Shown: positions 37,035 to 46,632 of the stretch, piece after piece
How positions within the stretch are numbered: the first letter of the stretch is position 1
How the letters are laid out: the number at the start of each line of letters is the position of its first letter
Virus record (IMG/VR): IMGVR_UViG_3300036790_000270
Coordinates: 32,001-96,000 of that record
Source of the DNA: a virus
Length of the DNA stretch: 64,000 bases
Reading direction: 5' to 3' (one strand)
Notes under the pieces: model-generated
Told to the model about the DNA's origin: nothing
Databases searched by the model: none
Seen by the model: only the letters and a program-made list of their open reading frames with translations
Translations under genes and position numbers: made by a program

Positions 37035-37805
37035 TCAGGCGGCCATCAGCTGGACGTCGAGCGCGATCTCCGCCGGGTCGGACACGCCGGTCAGCGCGAC
37101 CACGGAGATGTACTTGTTCTTGGCGGCCAGCCGCTTGTAGCTGCTGACGGCCGCGTCGTGCCCGGGGCCGTAACCGACCACGGCGACGCCGACGACGCAG
37201 AACTCGTCGGCCTGCGCCAGCCACTCCTCGAAGTCAGCCTCGTCGTTCAGCTTGCCGTCGGTCCAGATGACCACTTCCATCGTGGGCCGCTTGCGCATCG
37301 CGATGCTGCTGAACTCACCCTGGAAGGCCTTCTCCGCCGCGTGGATCGCCGGCATGATGTACGTCCGGCCGCCCCATGGCGCATTGCCCAGGGATTCCTG
37401 GACATTGGCCTCGGAGACGTCCTTCAGGTCACGCGTGTCACCGAACTCGGCTTCCTCCTCGTCGTAGTCCTCGAACTCACAGGGCTCGTTGAACGCGTAG
37501 CTGCGGACGCCGCCCTTGCCGGTACCCTCCTCGCTCTTCGCCTGCGAGTCGTCACCTGCCAGCTTGCCAGTGGCGAGGGGAATGGCCGTCAGCAGCAGCT
37601 GCTGCTTGGTCATCGGGGAATCCGGGGACGCTGCCTCCCCGTTTGAGGCGGAGATGTCGATCAGGAAGACCGGCTCCTTGTCCCGGCCGCCGTTGTCCGG
37701 CTTCTCCTCGATGATCTGCTCGCGCGGGGTGCGGCCCGGCAGCCCGGTGACCGGGGCCTCGACGATCTCCCGGACTGCCTGCTCGCTCAGTTCAGAACTT
37801 GGCAC
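37035..37805 (-). CDS. vWA (MIDAS) domain protein
   Basis: FLIDISASN (DxSxS), GGRT, VIWTDG. Confidence 0.75.
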   Translation of the reverse strand: MPSSELSEQAVREIVEAPVTGLPGRTPREQIIEEKPDNGGRDKEPVFLIDISASNGEAASPDSPMTKQQLLLTAIPLATGKLAGDDSQAKSEEGTGKGGVRSYAFNEPCEFEDYDEEEAEFGDTRDLKDVSEANVQESLGNAPWGGRTYIMPAIHAAEKAFQGEFSSIAMRKRPTMEVVIWTDGKLNDEADFEEWLAQADEFCVVGVAVVGYGPGHDAAVSSYKRLAAKNKYISVVALTGVSDPAEIALDVQLMAA

Positions 37806-37921
37806 CTTGTTCTCCTGTCCGCTGGGCGGTGTTGCCCGTGACTGACCTCAACCAGGCGCCTGCGGCAGGTATTCCGCTCCCGTCCGGCCGTAATGTCAGG
37901 GGCCGGCGATAGCCTGCCGTC

Positions 37922-38338
37922 ATGACTTCCATTGACAAGGCGATCGCCAACGCGCTGACCGCGGACGCCCAGGCGCACGCCGCGCCGGAACGCCCCGAGG
38001 TGGTGATCGTGGTGGTGCCGCCGGACAGCAAGCTGGAAGGGTGGCTGTGCCTTGGTGACCCGCGTAAGAGCGCCCTGGAGGCAGCGGAGGCGGCGCACGG
38101 CGAGTGGAAGGACGCGGTCATCGCCGAGCTGCAGCGGATGTACCCCGGTGAAACCGCTCCTACTAAGGGGTACGAGATACCCGGCGGCCCGATGTGGTCA
38201 TCGCTGAGTGTCAGCTGGCAGAACGGCAAGGAGTACCTGCCGACCGACCTGATCAAGCAGCACATCCCGCAGGTGTGGTCGGCGTTCAAGAAGCAGTCGA
38301 GGGGTTTCTGGATTATCCGGCGGAAGGCAAAACGGTGA
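37922..38338 (+). CDS. hypothetical phage protein
   Basis: ORF track. TAGCCT 6 nt before the ATG suggests a leaderless start of the rightward block. Confidence 0.6.
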   Translation: MTSIDKAIANALTADAQAHAAPERPEVVIVVVPPDSKLEGWLCLGDPRKSALEAAEAAHGEWKDAVIAELQRMYPGETAPTKGYEIPGGPMWSSLSVSWQNGKEYLPTDLIKQHIPQVWSAFKKQSRGFWIIRRKAKR

Positions 38339-38559
38339 GCGGCGGCCGGTGGAACTACCAGGAATGGCGCATCCGGGATTTCGGTGAGGACGTCACCAGG
38401 TTCATCGGTCAGTTCGCCGGGGCGATCGCGCAGTCCGAGCACATCGTCGACTGGGCGGAGTCCGGGGACACGACGCGGCGGCGCGAGGACGGGTCGGGAG
38501 CTGAACGTGACTTGTACGACCTGTGGCTGAAGACCTTCGATGACGTGTACGGCGACTGA
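38335..38559 (+). CDS. hypothetical protein
   Basis: GTG at 38335 overlaps the upstream stop; MSGGRWNY...IVDWAESGDT. Confidence 0.55.
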   Translation: MSGGRWNYQEWRIRDFGEDVTRFIGQFAGAIAQSEHIVDWAESGDTTRRREDGSGAERDLYDLWLKTFDDVYGD

Positions 38560-38564
38560 TCCGG

Positions 38565-39386
38565 GTGCCTGGCGCAGCGGGTGAGTTCATGTCGGCGGCG
38601 CCGCGGTCGACGTCGGGGTCGGACGCGTGGGCAGAAGGCTACGGGAACGAGCTGAAGGGCATCGTCACCCGGTACGCGAGCCAGCAGCCGCGCTCGGTGC
38701 AGCGGCACCTGGGGCCCTCCGAGCTCGGGCACGCCTGCGACCGCCAGGTGGTGGCGAAGATGGCGGGCAGCAAGCCGACCAACCACGTAGCCGACCCGTG
38801 GGCGTCGATCGTCGGGACCGCCATTCACGCGTACCTGGCGGACGCGTTCGAGTGGGACAACGCGCACAACAGCTACCTGCGCTGGCTGACCGAGGCGCGG
38901 GTGACTCCCGACCCGGGGCCGGACGAGCACCCGGGGACGGCCGACCTGTACGACTGCCACCTGCGGGCGCTGGTCGACCACAAGGGGCAGGGTGAGTCAA
39001 CGCGGGCGAAGCTGAAGGCTAACGGGCCGCCGCGGCATTACTTCGTGCAGCTGCTGCTGTACCGGCGGGGTTACCAGAACCTGGGGCTGCCGGTAGAGCG
39101 GATCGCGATCGCCAGCTGGCCGCGGACCAAGTCCACCCTCGACGACCTTTACGTCTGGTCACACGTGCCCACCCCGCAAGACGACCAGTTCATCGAGGAC
39201 GTGCTCACCCAGACGCAGTTCCGGCAGCAGGTCGCGGGGCTGGTGCACGCCGGGCAGCTGGGCATTATGGACGTGCCCGCGCAGCCGGAGGACACCGAGT
39301 GCTTCTTCTGCCTGCTGTACCGGCCGCAGGCTGCCCACGACGGCCTCTACGGCTGCCCCGGCACGCTGCTGAGAAAGGAACAGTAG
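38565..39386 (+). CDS. Cas4/RecB-like PD-(D/E)XK exonuclease
   Basis: LGPSELGHACDR, GTAIH, GTADLYD, LVDHK, QLLLY, C-terminal CFFC...GCPG. Confidence 0.85.
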   Translation: MPGAAGEFMSAAPRSTSGSDAWAEGYGNELKGIVTRYASQQPRSVQRHLGPSELGHACDRQVVAKMAGSKPTNHVADPWASIVGTAIHAYLADAFEWDNAHNSYLRWLTEARVTPDPGPDEHPGTADLYDCHLRALVDHKGQGESTRAKLKANGPPRHYFVQLLLYRRGYQNLGLPVERIAIASWPRTKSTLDDLYVWSHVPTPQDDQFIEDVLTQTQFRQQVAGLVHAGQLGIMDVPAQPEDTECFFCLLYRPQAAHDGLYGCPGTLLRKEQ

Positions 39387-39541
39387 ACGACCGCTCGTAG
39401 TTACCAGGCTCATGGGAAGCAAGGGAACTAAGCACTACATTACGGTAACGTGCCCGACGTGCAACGGCAGCGGGACGCGCGGTAACAACGTGTGCCCGCT
39501 GTGCAAGGGCGACAAGGTGATCAAGGTCCCGCAGGAGTTAG

Positions 39542-39808
39542 GTGCACGAAGAGCTGAACGTGAACGCGGCGCGGGCACTGGTCGCGCTGTCCACCCTAGG
39601 CGAAGTGCAGCCCGGTGACGTCTTCTACCTGGTTAGCGACCCGTCTGCCGTATGGTTCCGGGACATCCCGGACGGCGGGTACGACGGGTACGCCTTCACG
39701 TCGTTTGCCGCTGACAGCTGGCGCACTGCAGGAGAAGTCGGCACCGGCGACCTGAGGCAGCGGGTGGTTATCCTGCACAACACCGGAACACAGAAGAAGG
39801 AGCAGTAA
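39542..39808 (+). CDS. hypothetical protein
   Basis: ORF track; GGAG upstream. Confidence 0.5.
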   Translation: MHEELNVNAARALVALSTLGEVQPGDVFYLVSDPSAVWFRDIPDGGYDGYAFTSFAADSWRTAGEVGTGDLRQRVVILHNTGTQKKEQ

Positions 39809-39810
39809 AG

Positions 39811-40494
39811 ATGGCGCAACCTGGTTACCGGCACCGCATCCTGGTGATCGACCGCTCCGGCAGCATTGCCGACATCCTCAGCGGCCAGCAGTCAGGCATG
39901 CGGGAGTTCTTCGGCAGCGAGGCGGGAGTGCCCGGGAAGGCGACGTACTCCCTGTGGGACTTCGACCACGAGATCCGCTGCCTGCATTCCTTCGCGGCGA
40001 TGGAGGAGGTGCGCGGTTACCAGATCGAGCCGCGCGGCACTACCGCGATGTACGACGCGATCGGCCTGGCCGTAGCGGCGGAGCGCGCCCGGATCGCCGG
40101 CATGGAAAAGGGCGCGCAGCCGGAGGACGTCACCGTCATCGTGTCTAGTGACGGCCTTAACAACGTCTCGGACCAGCTGCACAACGCCACGCGGCTCAAC
40201 GCGCTGCTCGCGGCCGTGCAGGCGGGCGGCGGCGCCCGGTGGAACCCGTGGCGCGTCCTCTACATGGGCTGCAACCAGGACGCCATTAAGGAGGGCGGCT
40301 ACATCGGCACCCGTTACGGGATGACGGTGAACACGGTGTCCACTGACGACGGCCAGCGTAACGCCTGGAAGATGTCCGCGGACTACCTCCGGCGCGCTCC
40401 TGTCGCGGCAGCCGCGGCCGGGGGCTACGAGGTCACCCCGGAGGAGCGGTCGCTCGGGGAATCCGCCGAAACTAATGACGCGCCAGCCGGGTAG
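39811..40494 (+). CDS. vWA domain protein
   Basis: LVIDRSGSI, PRGTTAMYDAIG, VSSDGLNN, YMGCNQDA. Confidence 0.8.
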   Translation: MAQPGYRHRILVIDRSGSIADILSGQQSGMREFFGSEAGVPGKATYSLWDFDHEIRCLHSFAAMEEVRGYQIEPRGTTAMYDAIGLAVAAERARIAGMEKGAQPEDVTVIVSSDGLNNVSDQLHNATRLNALLAAVQAGGGARWNPWRVLYMGCNQDAIKEGGYIGTRYGMTVNTVSTDDGQRNAWKMSADYLRRAPVAAAAAGGYEVTPEERSLGESAETNDAPAG

Positions 40495-40756
40495 CTGCTA
40501 GGTTCACCCCACGGAGCACCTGAACCAACGCCGCCGGGAACCTGCAGAACCCGGCGGCTGGCAGGTCAGGCAAAAGCTCCGGGCAGGAGGCAGATCCCCA
40601 GCGTCTTCGCAGGACGCCAGGGCCGTTAGTCCTCCAGGGCCAGGAACAGTAGGGGGTACCGCCCGACCTCAAGGACGGTACCCCCGCCAAGGAACAGTGA
40701 CAGTACCCAGTTTCAGTGACCTTTTAGTGATCATGGCAAGGGACAGTGACAGTTCA

Positions 40757-41968
40757 GTGACTTATCCTCAGGCGCCTTACCCGCAGCAGCCGGGGTACCC
40801 AGCACCGCAGCCGAATTACGCTCCCGCGACGCAGGGGTACCCCGCTGCCGCACCGCAGTACGCACCTCCTGCGCCTCCGCCCGGCTACCCCGCGCAGCAG
40901 GGATACGCGCCGCCACCCCAGCCTGGCTACGCCATGCAGCCGTACGCCCCGCCGCAGCAGGGATACGCGCCGCCACCCGAGCAGCCGACTGCCCCGCCGC
41001 CCCCGCGCGGGACGGTCAAGGACTTCTGGGAGCAGCCTGCTACCGGCGGCGGCCCCTCACTCAGCTTCCCGGTGGCCGGCACCGAGTACACCGGCGTCGT
41101 CATCCGGGACGTTACCGACGCGGACACTGAGATCCAGACGGACATGCGCACCGGTGAGTTGCGCAAGCACCCGGACGGCCGCTACAAGCGGCACATGAAG
41201 ATCCCGCTGGCGATCCCGCCGTCCCCGCAGTACCCGGAGGGCATCGGCGTCTGGTACGTCAAGGGCAACGACCAGACCGAGCTGGTGCGCGCCATGACCA
41301 TGGCCGGCTGTGACGTCGACCCGGATACCAGCAGCCTGTACCCGCCGCGGGCCGGCGACGTCATCCACGTCAAGTTCACCCATGAGCGGGCAGGCCGCGC
41401 CGGGTCAGGCATGAACCCGACCAAGATCAAGCAGGTTAGCTACAGCAAGGGCAACGGGCAGCCGCCACAGATGGCATCGCCCATGGTGCAGGGCCAGGTT
41501 GTCGGCTCGCAGTACCAGCCGCAGCCTCAGTACCAGCAGCCTATTCAGCCGCAGCCTCAGTTCCAGCAGCCTATTCAGCCGCAGCCTCAGTTCCAGCAGC
41601 CGCAGAACGGGTACGCCCAGCAACCTGATCCCGCGCAGGCTTACCAGCAGGCGACCGGGCAGCCGATGCAGCCTTACGCGGGCAACGGCCAGTACGCAGC
41701 CAGCCCGCAAGTGCAGATGGCCCAGCCTGCCCCTGCTCAGCAGCCGCAGTACCCGCAGCAGTTCCCTACGCCTGCACCGCCTGCCCCGGGCGCGCCGCCT
41801 TCGGGTCCTGTGCCGCCCTCGGCTGCGCCGTCCCCTTCTAACGGGCAGCCGACTGCGCCGGACGGATCAGCATGGCCTGCTGACGTGCCGTTCATCGCTG
41901 GCCTGACGCCGGCCCAGGCACAGATGGCCGCGGCCATGCACCTGAACCAGCAGGCACCCCAGCAGTAA
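40757..41968 (+). CDS. putative ssDNA-binding/recombination protein with Q/P/Y-rich tails
   Basis: Central GGGPSLSF...GTEYTG.V...Q.D..TG...YVKG...P.KI..V.Y core resembling actinophage SSB-like proteins, flanked by low-complexity regions. Confidence 0.55.
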   Translation: MTYPQAPYPQQPGYPAPQPNYAPATQGYPAAAPQYAPPAPPPGYPAQQGYAPPPQPGYAMQPYAPPQQGYAPPPEQPTAPPPPRGTVKDFWEQPATGGGPSLSFPVAGTEYTGVVIRDVTDADTEIQTDMRTGELRKHPDGRYKRHMKIPLAIPPSPQYPEGIGVWYVKGNDQTELVRAMTMAGCDVDPDTSSLYPPRAGDVIHVKFTHERAGRAGSGMNPTKIKQVSYSKGNGQPPQMASPMVQGQVVGSQYQPQPQYQQPIQPQPQFQQPIQPQPQFQQPQNGYAQQPDPAQAYQQATGQPMQPYAGNGQYAASPQVQMAQPAPAQQPQYPQQFPTPAPPAPGAPPSGPVPPSAAPSPSNGQPTAPDGSAWPADVPFIAGLTPAQAQMAAAMHLNQQAPQQ

Positions 41969-41974
41969 AGCCAG

Positions 41975-42017
41975 CGGGGCCACAGAAGCAACGAGACCCA
42001 CAGTGCTAGCGCCCCGG
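41975..42017 (+). ncRNA. solo TIGR-like unit (+ orientation)
   Basis: cggggcca-cagaagcaa-cgagaccca-cagtgctag-cgccccg. Confidence 0.7.
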
Positions 42018-42126
42018 TTAGGTATCGAACTGGTAACAGGAGCAGCAGGCAGCATCAGGAGCAATAGACTCGCTGCTTGTTGTCCCTGTTACCGGCCATG
42101 TCCCCTATCACAGGAGATCCTTATTC

Positions 42127-43443
42127 ATGTTCCGTAAGCTCATGATCGTAGCCGCGCCAGTCGCGGTGACCGCCCTGATCCTCGGGGGCGCAGCTGCCTC
42201 CGCGGACGCGAGCGTCGGCCCGATCCAGTACACGCCCACCGGGGCGGACTCGATCAGCGGCTACTACGCGCACGCACTGAACGACAGCGTTGACTTCACG
42301 CACATCACCAGCTACGCCGGCAGTGACGGCAGCCACACGATTGAGCAGCTTCCCGTCACCAGCATTTCCGGCGGCAAGCTAACGGGCGTCATCGGCGGCG
42401 CGGCGGGCATCGGGCTGTGCAACCAGGGCACTGGCGCCGCGGCCCAGGTCGGCCTTGTCTACGCGGGCTCCGGCACCGTTGACGTCGTTTACGGGACTGG
42501 CAACTTCTCGGCTGGCAACAACGGTGACCTCTGCCAGGGCGGCATCGTCAACCCGAGCGGCCTGAACGGCACCCCGACTACGGTGAAGCCGAACCCCACC
42601 GCTGAGACGACCAGCTTCTCGTACACGCCGAGCTCGGACGTACTGGTGGTCACGCCCGGCGATGTTGTCCCGCCGACCGGGACGCCCGTTAACTTCACGC
42701 TCCCCGGCACGCTGACCGGCGCTGCCCTCACTGCCGCGCAGAATGCCCTGACGGCCCTTGGGCTCACCCCGGCGGCCGGCGGCGTCTACACCCTGTACGT
42801 CGTGCACACCACCGCGACGACGTTTGAGGTGTCCAGCAACAAGGGCGCAGTGCCGCTGACCGTGCCGGCCGCCTCTGCCGGGGTGATGGCCGGAACCGCG
42901 TCGGTTACCTGGTCGAAGCCCGGCTTCACGATCGTGCCCGGCGGTAACCTGGACGACTCGTTCGGCGTGCTGGCCACCGGCATCCCGGACAACAACACGG
43001 TGTCCCTCGATGTCCTTTACGACGCGGCGCACAGCTACACGTTCAAGGGCAAGGTCCACGCGGCTGGCACCATCACGTTCTCGGCGACCAACCTGGGCGC
43101 CCCCGGCGTGACCTACCAGGCGGGCGTGTCCGCTCCCGGCCGGTCGTTCAACGAGGCTGACACCGGGGTCATCGCCGACACCAACTCGATTACCGCGCTG
43201 ACCGGGACGGCCCCGCTGCCGGACGGCAACGCCAACCTCCTGGAGCGGTTCGCGCACGTCACCCTGGCGGGCAACCCGGTGGGCGGCGGCGCGGCGGTTG
43301 AGGGGTCGCTGCAGGACAACGCCAACTGGACGGCGTTCCCGGTGGCCTCCGCTAACGGCGGCGTGCTCTACCTCGCGCCGTCGGTGTTCCTCAACGACCA
43401 CTTCTCCGAGCTGGTCGGGGCGCCGGTCGCCAACGCAGGGTAG
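42127..43443 (+). CDS. secreted protein
   Basis: Sec signal MFRKLMIVAAPVAVTALILGGAAASADA; G/T/A-rich. Confidence 0.7.
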   Translation: MFRKLMIVAAPVAVTALILGGAAASADASVGPIQYTPTGADSISGYYAHALNDSVDFTHITSYAGSDGSHTIEQLPVTSISGGKLTGVIGGAAGIGLCNQGTGAAAQVGLVYAGSGTVDVVYGTGNFSAGNNGDLCQGGIVNPSGLNGTPTTVKPNPTAETTSFSYTPSSDVLVVTPGDVVPPTGTPVNFTLPGTLTGAALTAAQNALTALGLTPAAGGVYTLYVVHTTATTFEVSSNKGAVPLTVPAASAGVMAGTASVTWSKPGFTIVPGGNLDDSFGVLATGIPDNNTVSLDVLYDAAHSYTFKGKVHAAGTITFSATNLGAPGVTYQAGVSAPGRSFNEADTGVIADTNSITALTGTAPLPDGNANLLERFAHVTLAGNPVGGGAAVEGSLQDNANWTAFPVASANGGVLYLAPSVFLNDHFSELVGAPVANAG

Positions 43444-43471
43444 CAGTCGCCCCGGAAACACAGCGGAATAG

Positions 43472-43513
43472 AGCGACCGTGTCAGGAGTTGCACCTGGCA
43501 CGGTCGCTTTTTT
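43472..43513 (+). terminator. intrinsic terminator
   Basis: AGCGACCGTGTCAGG-loop-CCTGGCACGGTCGCT followed by TTTTT. Confidence 0.75.
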
Positions 43514-43614
43514 GTGGCCACATAACAACGGAGACCTGCGTGAATGATGCAGAAGCGCTAACCTACCGGCGCTGGGCGCGAGATACCTGCGTCCGCAATA
43601 TCAGTACCCAGCCA

Positions 43615-44706
43615 ATGGAAGCACTAGACACCACACGCGATATCCCGCGCATCGTCGCACTGGTGCCCGCGCACAACGAGCAAAAGTCACTAGCCGGAAC
43701 TCTCGCGTGCCTGCAACGGCAGAGCATCCGGCCTGACCGCGTGATCGTCATATGCGACAACTGCACGGATAATACCGAGGCGGTCGCTGCCAGCCAGGGT
43801 GCGGACGTCTACCTGACCCGTGAGAACACGTTCATGAAGGCGGGGGCACTCAATCAGGCGCTTGAATGGCTGGCGCCTTTCGCTGACGACCGGGATGTTG
43901 TCGTCATAATCGATGCCGACACTTACGTTACGGAGAACTTCACCACCGAAGCGGTCGCCAGGTTCACAGCTGACCGGCGCTTCGGCGGCCTCTCCGGTGT
44001 CTACGACGGGAAGCGGGGCAGCGGGTTCGTCGGCTGGTGTCAGCGGAACGAGTTCGCGCGCTGGGGGTTTGACGCGCGGCAGCAGAACGGTAAGGCAATC
44101 TGCCTGTCAGGAGCTGCTTCTGCGTTCACGGTGGGCGCGCTCCGGGCGGTTAAGGCCGCGCGTGTTTCCGGGGAGCTAGGCGGCGGGAGCAGTTTCTACG
44201 CCACTGACAACTTCACCGAGGACTTCGAGCTCACCCAGGCACTGCTGCACTGCGGTTACCACATCCAGAACATGATGAACGTGACTATCACCACGGCTAT
44301 CAAGCCGACCTGGGGCACGCTGCACATTCAGCGCCTGCGGTGGAACCGTGGCATCACCGAGACGCTCCTGGCGTACGGGCTAACTAGGCATACCCGCCTG
44401 ATGTGGACGAAATGGTGCATTTACGTCGCCTCGGTCGTCTCCATTCCGCTGTCGTTCTTCCTGATCAGCTACCGGCTTTCCTCCGGCGAGGGCTGGCACA
44501 TGAACGACTGGATGGTGCTGTGGCTAGGTGTCACCGGCGTTATCTCGCTTTACAAGTCGGTAACCGTCATCCGTACCAGGGGTGCTGCCTCAGCTCTCGT
44601 AGCAGCCGTACTGCTACCCGAGATCCTCTATGACAGCTTCCTGCACCTTACGTTCCTGCGCTCACTTGCTCAGGTAATCCAGGGCGCTAATAAGTCCTGG
44701 CGATAG
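43615..44706 (+). CDS. processive membrane GT2 polysaccharide synthase-like protein
   Basis: VPAHNE, DNCTD, KAGALN, IDAD, TED, QRLRW (QxxRW), C-terminal TM helices. Confidence 0.88.
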   Translation: MEALDTTRDIPRIVALVPAHNEQKSLAGTLACLQRQSIRPDRVIVICDNCTDNTEAVAASQGADVYLTRENTFMKAGALNQALEWLAPFADDRDVVVIIDADTYVTENFTTEAVARFTADRRFGGLSGVYDGKRGSGFVGWCQRNEFARWGFDARQQNGKAICLSGAASAFTVGALRAVKAARVSGELGGGSSFYATDNFTEDFELTQALLHCGYHIQNMMNVTITTAIKPTWGTLHIQRLRWNRGITETLLAYGLTRHTRLMWTKWCIYVASVVSIPLSFFLISYRLSSGEGWHMNDWMVLWLGVTGVISLYKSVTVIRTRGAASALVAAVLLPEILYDSFLHLTFLRSLAQVIQGANKSWR

Positions 44707-44854
44707 CAGCCAAAAACACCGAGAGAGAAGAGCAGTAAATGCATGTCATGATCGACATCATCGGGGTCATCGTCGTGACAACGGCGGTGAGCACCTCGCT
44801 CATGGCCTTGTGGAGCCTAGCTCCCCGGCTGAGCCGTATCCTGCGGGCGGCGCA

Positions 44855-45745
44855 ATGACACTGCGCAGCGTCATCGCGATCGCGGTTGGGGCCGTCTTCG
44901 TCATAGCCGGGGGCGGCGCTTACGCCGGGGAAGCTACCCGGACTGCCGCCAGCACAGCAGCGCCTTCCCTGCACAACTTGACGGTCGCAGTACCCGCCGC
45001 CGCCCCGCTCAGCGAGGCCCGCGTAACCGGAAATGTTGTCTTCACCTTCGACGACGGCCCGGACGCCTACACCCAGGCCCTGCTCACCGAGCTGCAGCGG
45101 CTGCACGTGCCGGCCGTGTTCTTCGTCTTCGGGTGGAAGGCCGAAGCGTACCCGGCCCTGATCCGCGAGGAGCTGGCCGACGGCGACCTGATCGAGAACC
45201 ACACGTGGGATCACCTCAGCTTCACCGGTGCCTCAACGGATACGCCGCCGCTTGCGCCAGCGAAAATACGCGCGGAGCTTTCCGTGACACAGCAGGCCCT
45301 GACCAGCCTGGGCGTGCCCGCGCCCCAGTACTACCGGCCGCCGTTCGGGGACGTGACACCGCAGGATAACGCCATCGCGGTCTCACTCGGTCTGAAGATA
45401 ATCCAGCCGTTCGCCGTCACCAGCAACGGCAACGTTACCGACAGCCGGGACTGGACCGGGATCAGCGCCGCGCAGATCGTCAAGGACGTGACGCACGGCT
45501 ACACCATCACCCAGAACGGGAAAACAGCCTACCGGGCCGGGATCAGCGCGGGCTCGGTCATCGGGTTCCACGACTCCTCCGTCGGTGACTGCGTAACTAC
45601 CGACCCAACGTGCGCTGACGTTAAGCAGACAATCCTGTCCCTGCCCGGGATCGTCGCCTGGATGAACGCGCACCACCTCGGGGCAACTGTCCGACTGGCC
45701 GGTGCTATGACTGGGGGGATGAACCTCGCTGTCCCCGCTTCGTAG
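44855..45745 (+). CDS. secreted polysaccharide deacetylase (NodB/CE4)
   Basis: Signal peptide; TFDDGP, NHTWDH, YRPPFG, DSRDW, GFHD. Confidence 0.9.
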   Translation: MTLRSVIAIAVGAVFVIAGGGAYAGEATRTAASTAAPSLHNLTVAVPAAAPLSEARVTGNVVFTFDDGPDAYTQALLTELQRLHVPAVFFVFGWKAEAYPALIREELADGDLIENHTWDHLSFTGASTDTPPLAPAKIRAELSVTQQALTSLGVPAPQYYRPPFGDVTPQDNAIAVSLGLKIIQPFAVTSNGNVTDSRDWTGISAAQIVKDVTHGYTITQNGKTAYRAGISAGSVIGFHDSSVGDCVTTDPTCADVKQTILSLPGIVAWMNAHHLGATVRLAGAMTGGMNLAVPAS

Positions 45746-45749
45746 TTCC

Positions 45750-46568
45750 TTGTCGCGCCGTCAGGTGATCACGGTCGCACTGGCGGCGCTACTCAGTTAC
45801 AAAGCAGAGGAGTACCTTATGCCGCACCATCCTGTTCACCCGCAACCGGTCGTTACCCCGGTGCCGCTGCCGTCGTCGGGTAAGTTCGCGTTTAACGATG
45901 ACTTCGACGGGGCAGCCGGGACACCCCCGAACCAGGCTAACTGGGCCTATGACGTAGGGCCCGGGTCAGTGGTCGGCGGCAACAACGAAACGGAAACGTA
46001 CACGGACTCAACGCAGAACGCGTACCAGGACGGGGAGTCGCACCTTGTCATCGCCGTTACCGCCGCGGCAGCCGGCGGCACCAACAGCGCCCGGATCAAG
46101 ACGATGGGCAAATTCACCCAGCAGTACGGGTCCTGGCAGGCATCGATCGCCGTTGACAACACGCCGGGCTGCTGGCCGGCATTCTGGTTTCTTGGCGCCC
46201 GCGGAGACTGGCCCGCATGCGGTGAGGCCGACGTCATGGAGAACTACGGGTCGGGCTTCACGGAAGGAACCGTCTGGAACACGCGTGCCTCCAAGAGCAC
46301 GGTCGGACGCGCACTGACAGCCGTGGACCAGGACTTCCACACCTACCAGATGGACTCCTCGCCCAGTGGGATCAATTACTTCGTGGACGGGGTAGCCTAC
46401 GTTCAGGCCACGCCAGACGCAGTCAGCCCGTGGCCGTTCAGCGACAACGGCGGCGTGTACGCTATCCTCAACATCGCGGTCAACGGAACGGGGACTGGTG
46501 GCATAAAGCCCGCGGCCTCCGCCCTTCCGGTTCTCATGAAGGTTGACTTCGTGCGCGCCTGGAGCTGA
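45750..46568 (+). CDS. glycoside hydrolase family 16
   Basis: WPAFWFLG, WPACGEADVME (ExDxxE), DFHTY, ILNIAV, MKVDFVR. Confidence 0.9.
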   Translation: MSRRQVITVALAALLSYKAEEYLMPHHPVHPQPVVTPVPLPSSGKFAFNDDFDGAAGTPPNQANWAYDVGPGSVVGGNNETETYTDSTQNAYQDGESHLVIAVTAAAAGGTNSARIKTMGKFTQQYGSWQASIAVDNTPGCWPAFWFLGARGDWPACGEADVMENYGSGFTEGTVWNTRASKSTVGRALTAVDQDFHTYQMDSSPSGINYFVDGVAYVQATPDAVSPWPFSDNGGVYAILNIAVNGTGTGGIKPAASALPVLMKVDFVRAWS

Positions 46569-46580
46569 CCGTATTTTCAG

Positions 46581-46632
46581 GTTAGCGAGGCCAAATTGGT
46601 GACGAGACCCATCGACCACACGCTCTGCTAAC
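46581..46632 (+). ncRNA. solo TIGR-like unit (+ orientation)
   Basis: gttagcgaggcca-aattggtga-cgagaccca-tcgaccaca-cgctctgctaac, with outer stem gttagc/gctaac. Confidence 0.65.

Noticed and set aside
38565-39386. Cas4 as a spacer-acquisition or CRISPR component
   Set aside because: Stand-alone Cas4-like exonucleases are routine in actinophage recombination modules. It is more than 20 kb from the Tas-like gene and nothing in the sequence links them.
43516-43550. possible further TIGR-like unit (ggcca-cataacaac-ggagacctg-cgtgaatga-tgc)
   Set aside because: The loop lacks both CG and CCA boxes and there is no closing stem, so it is too degenerate to count.
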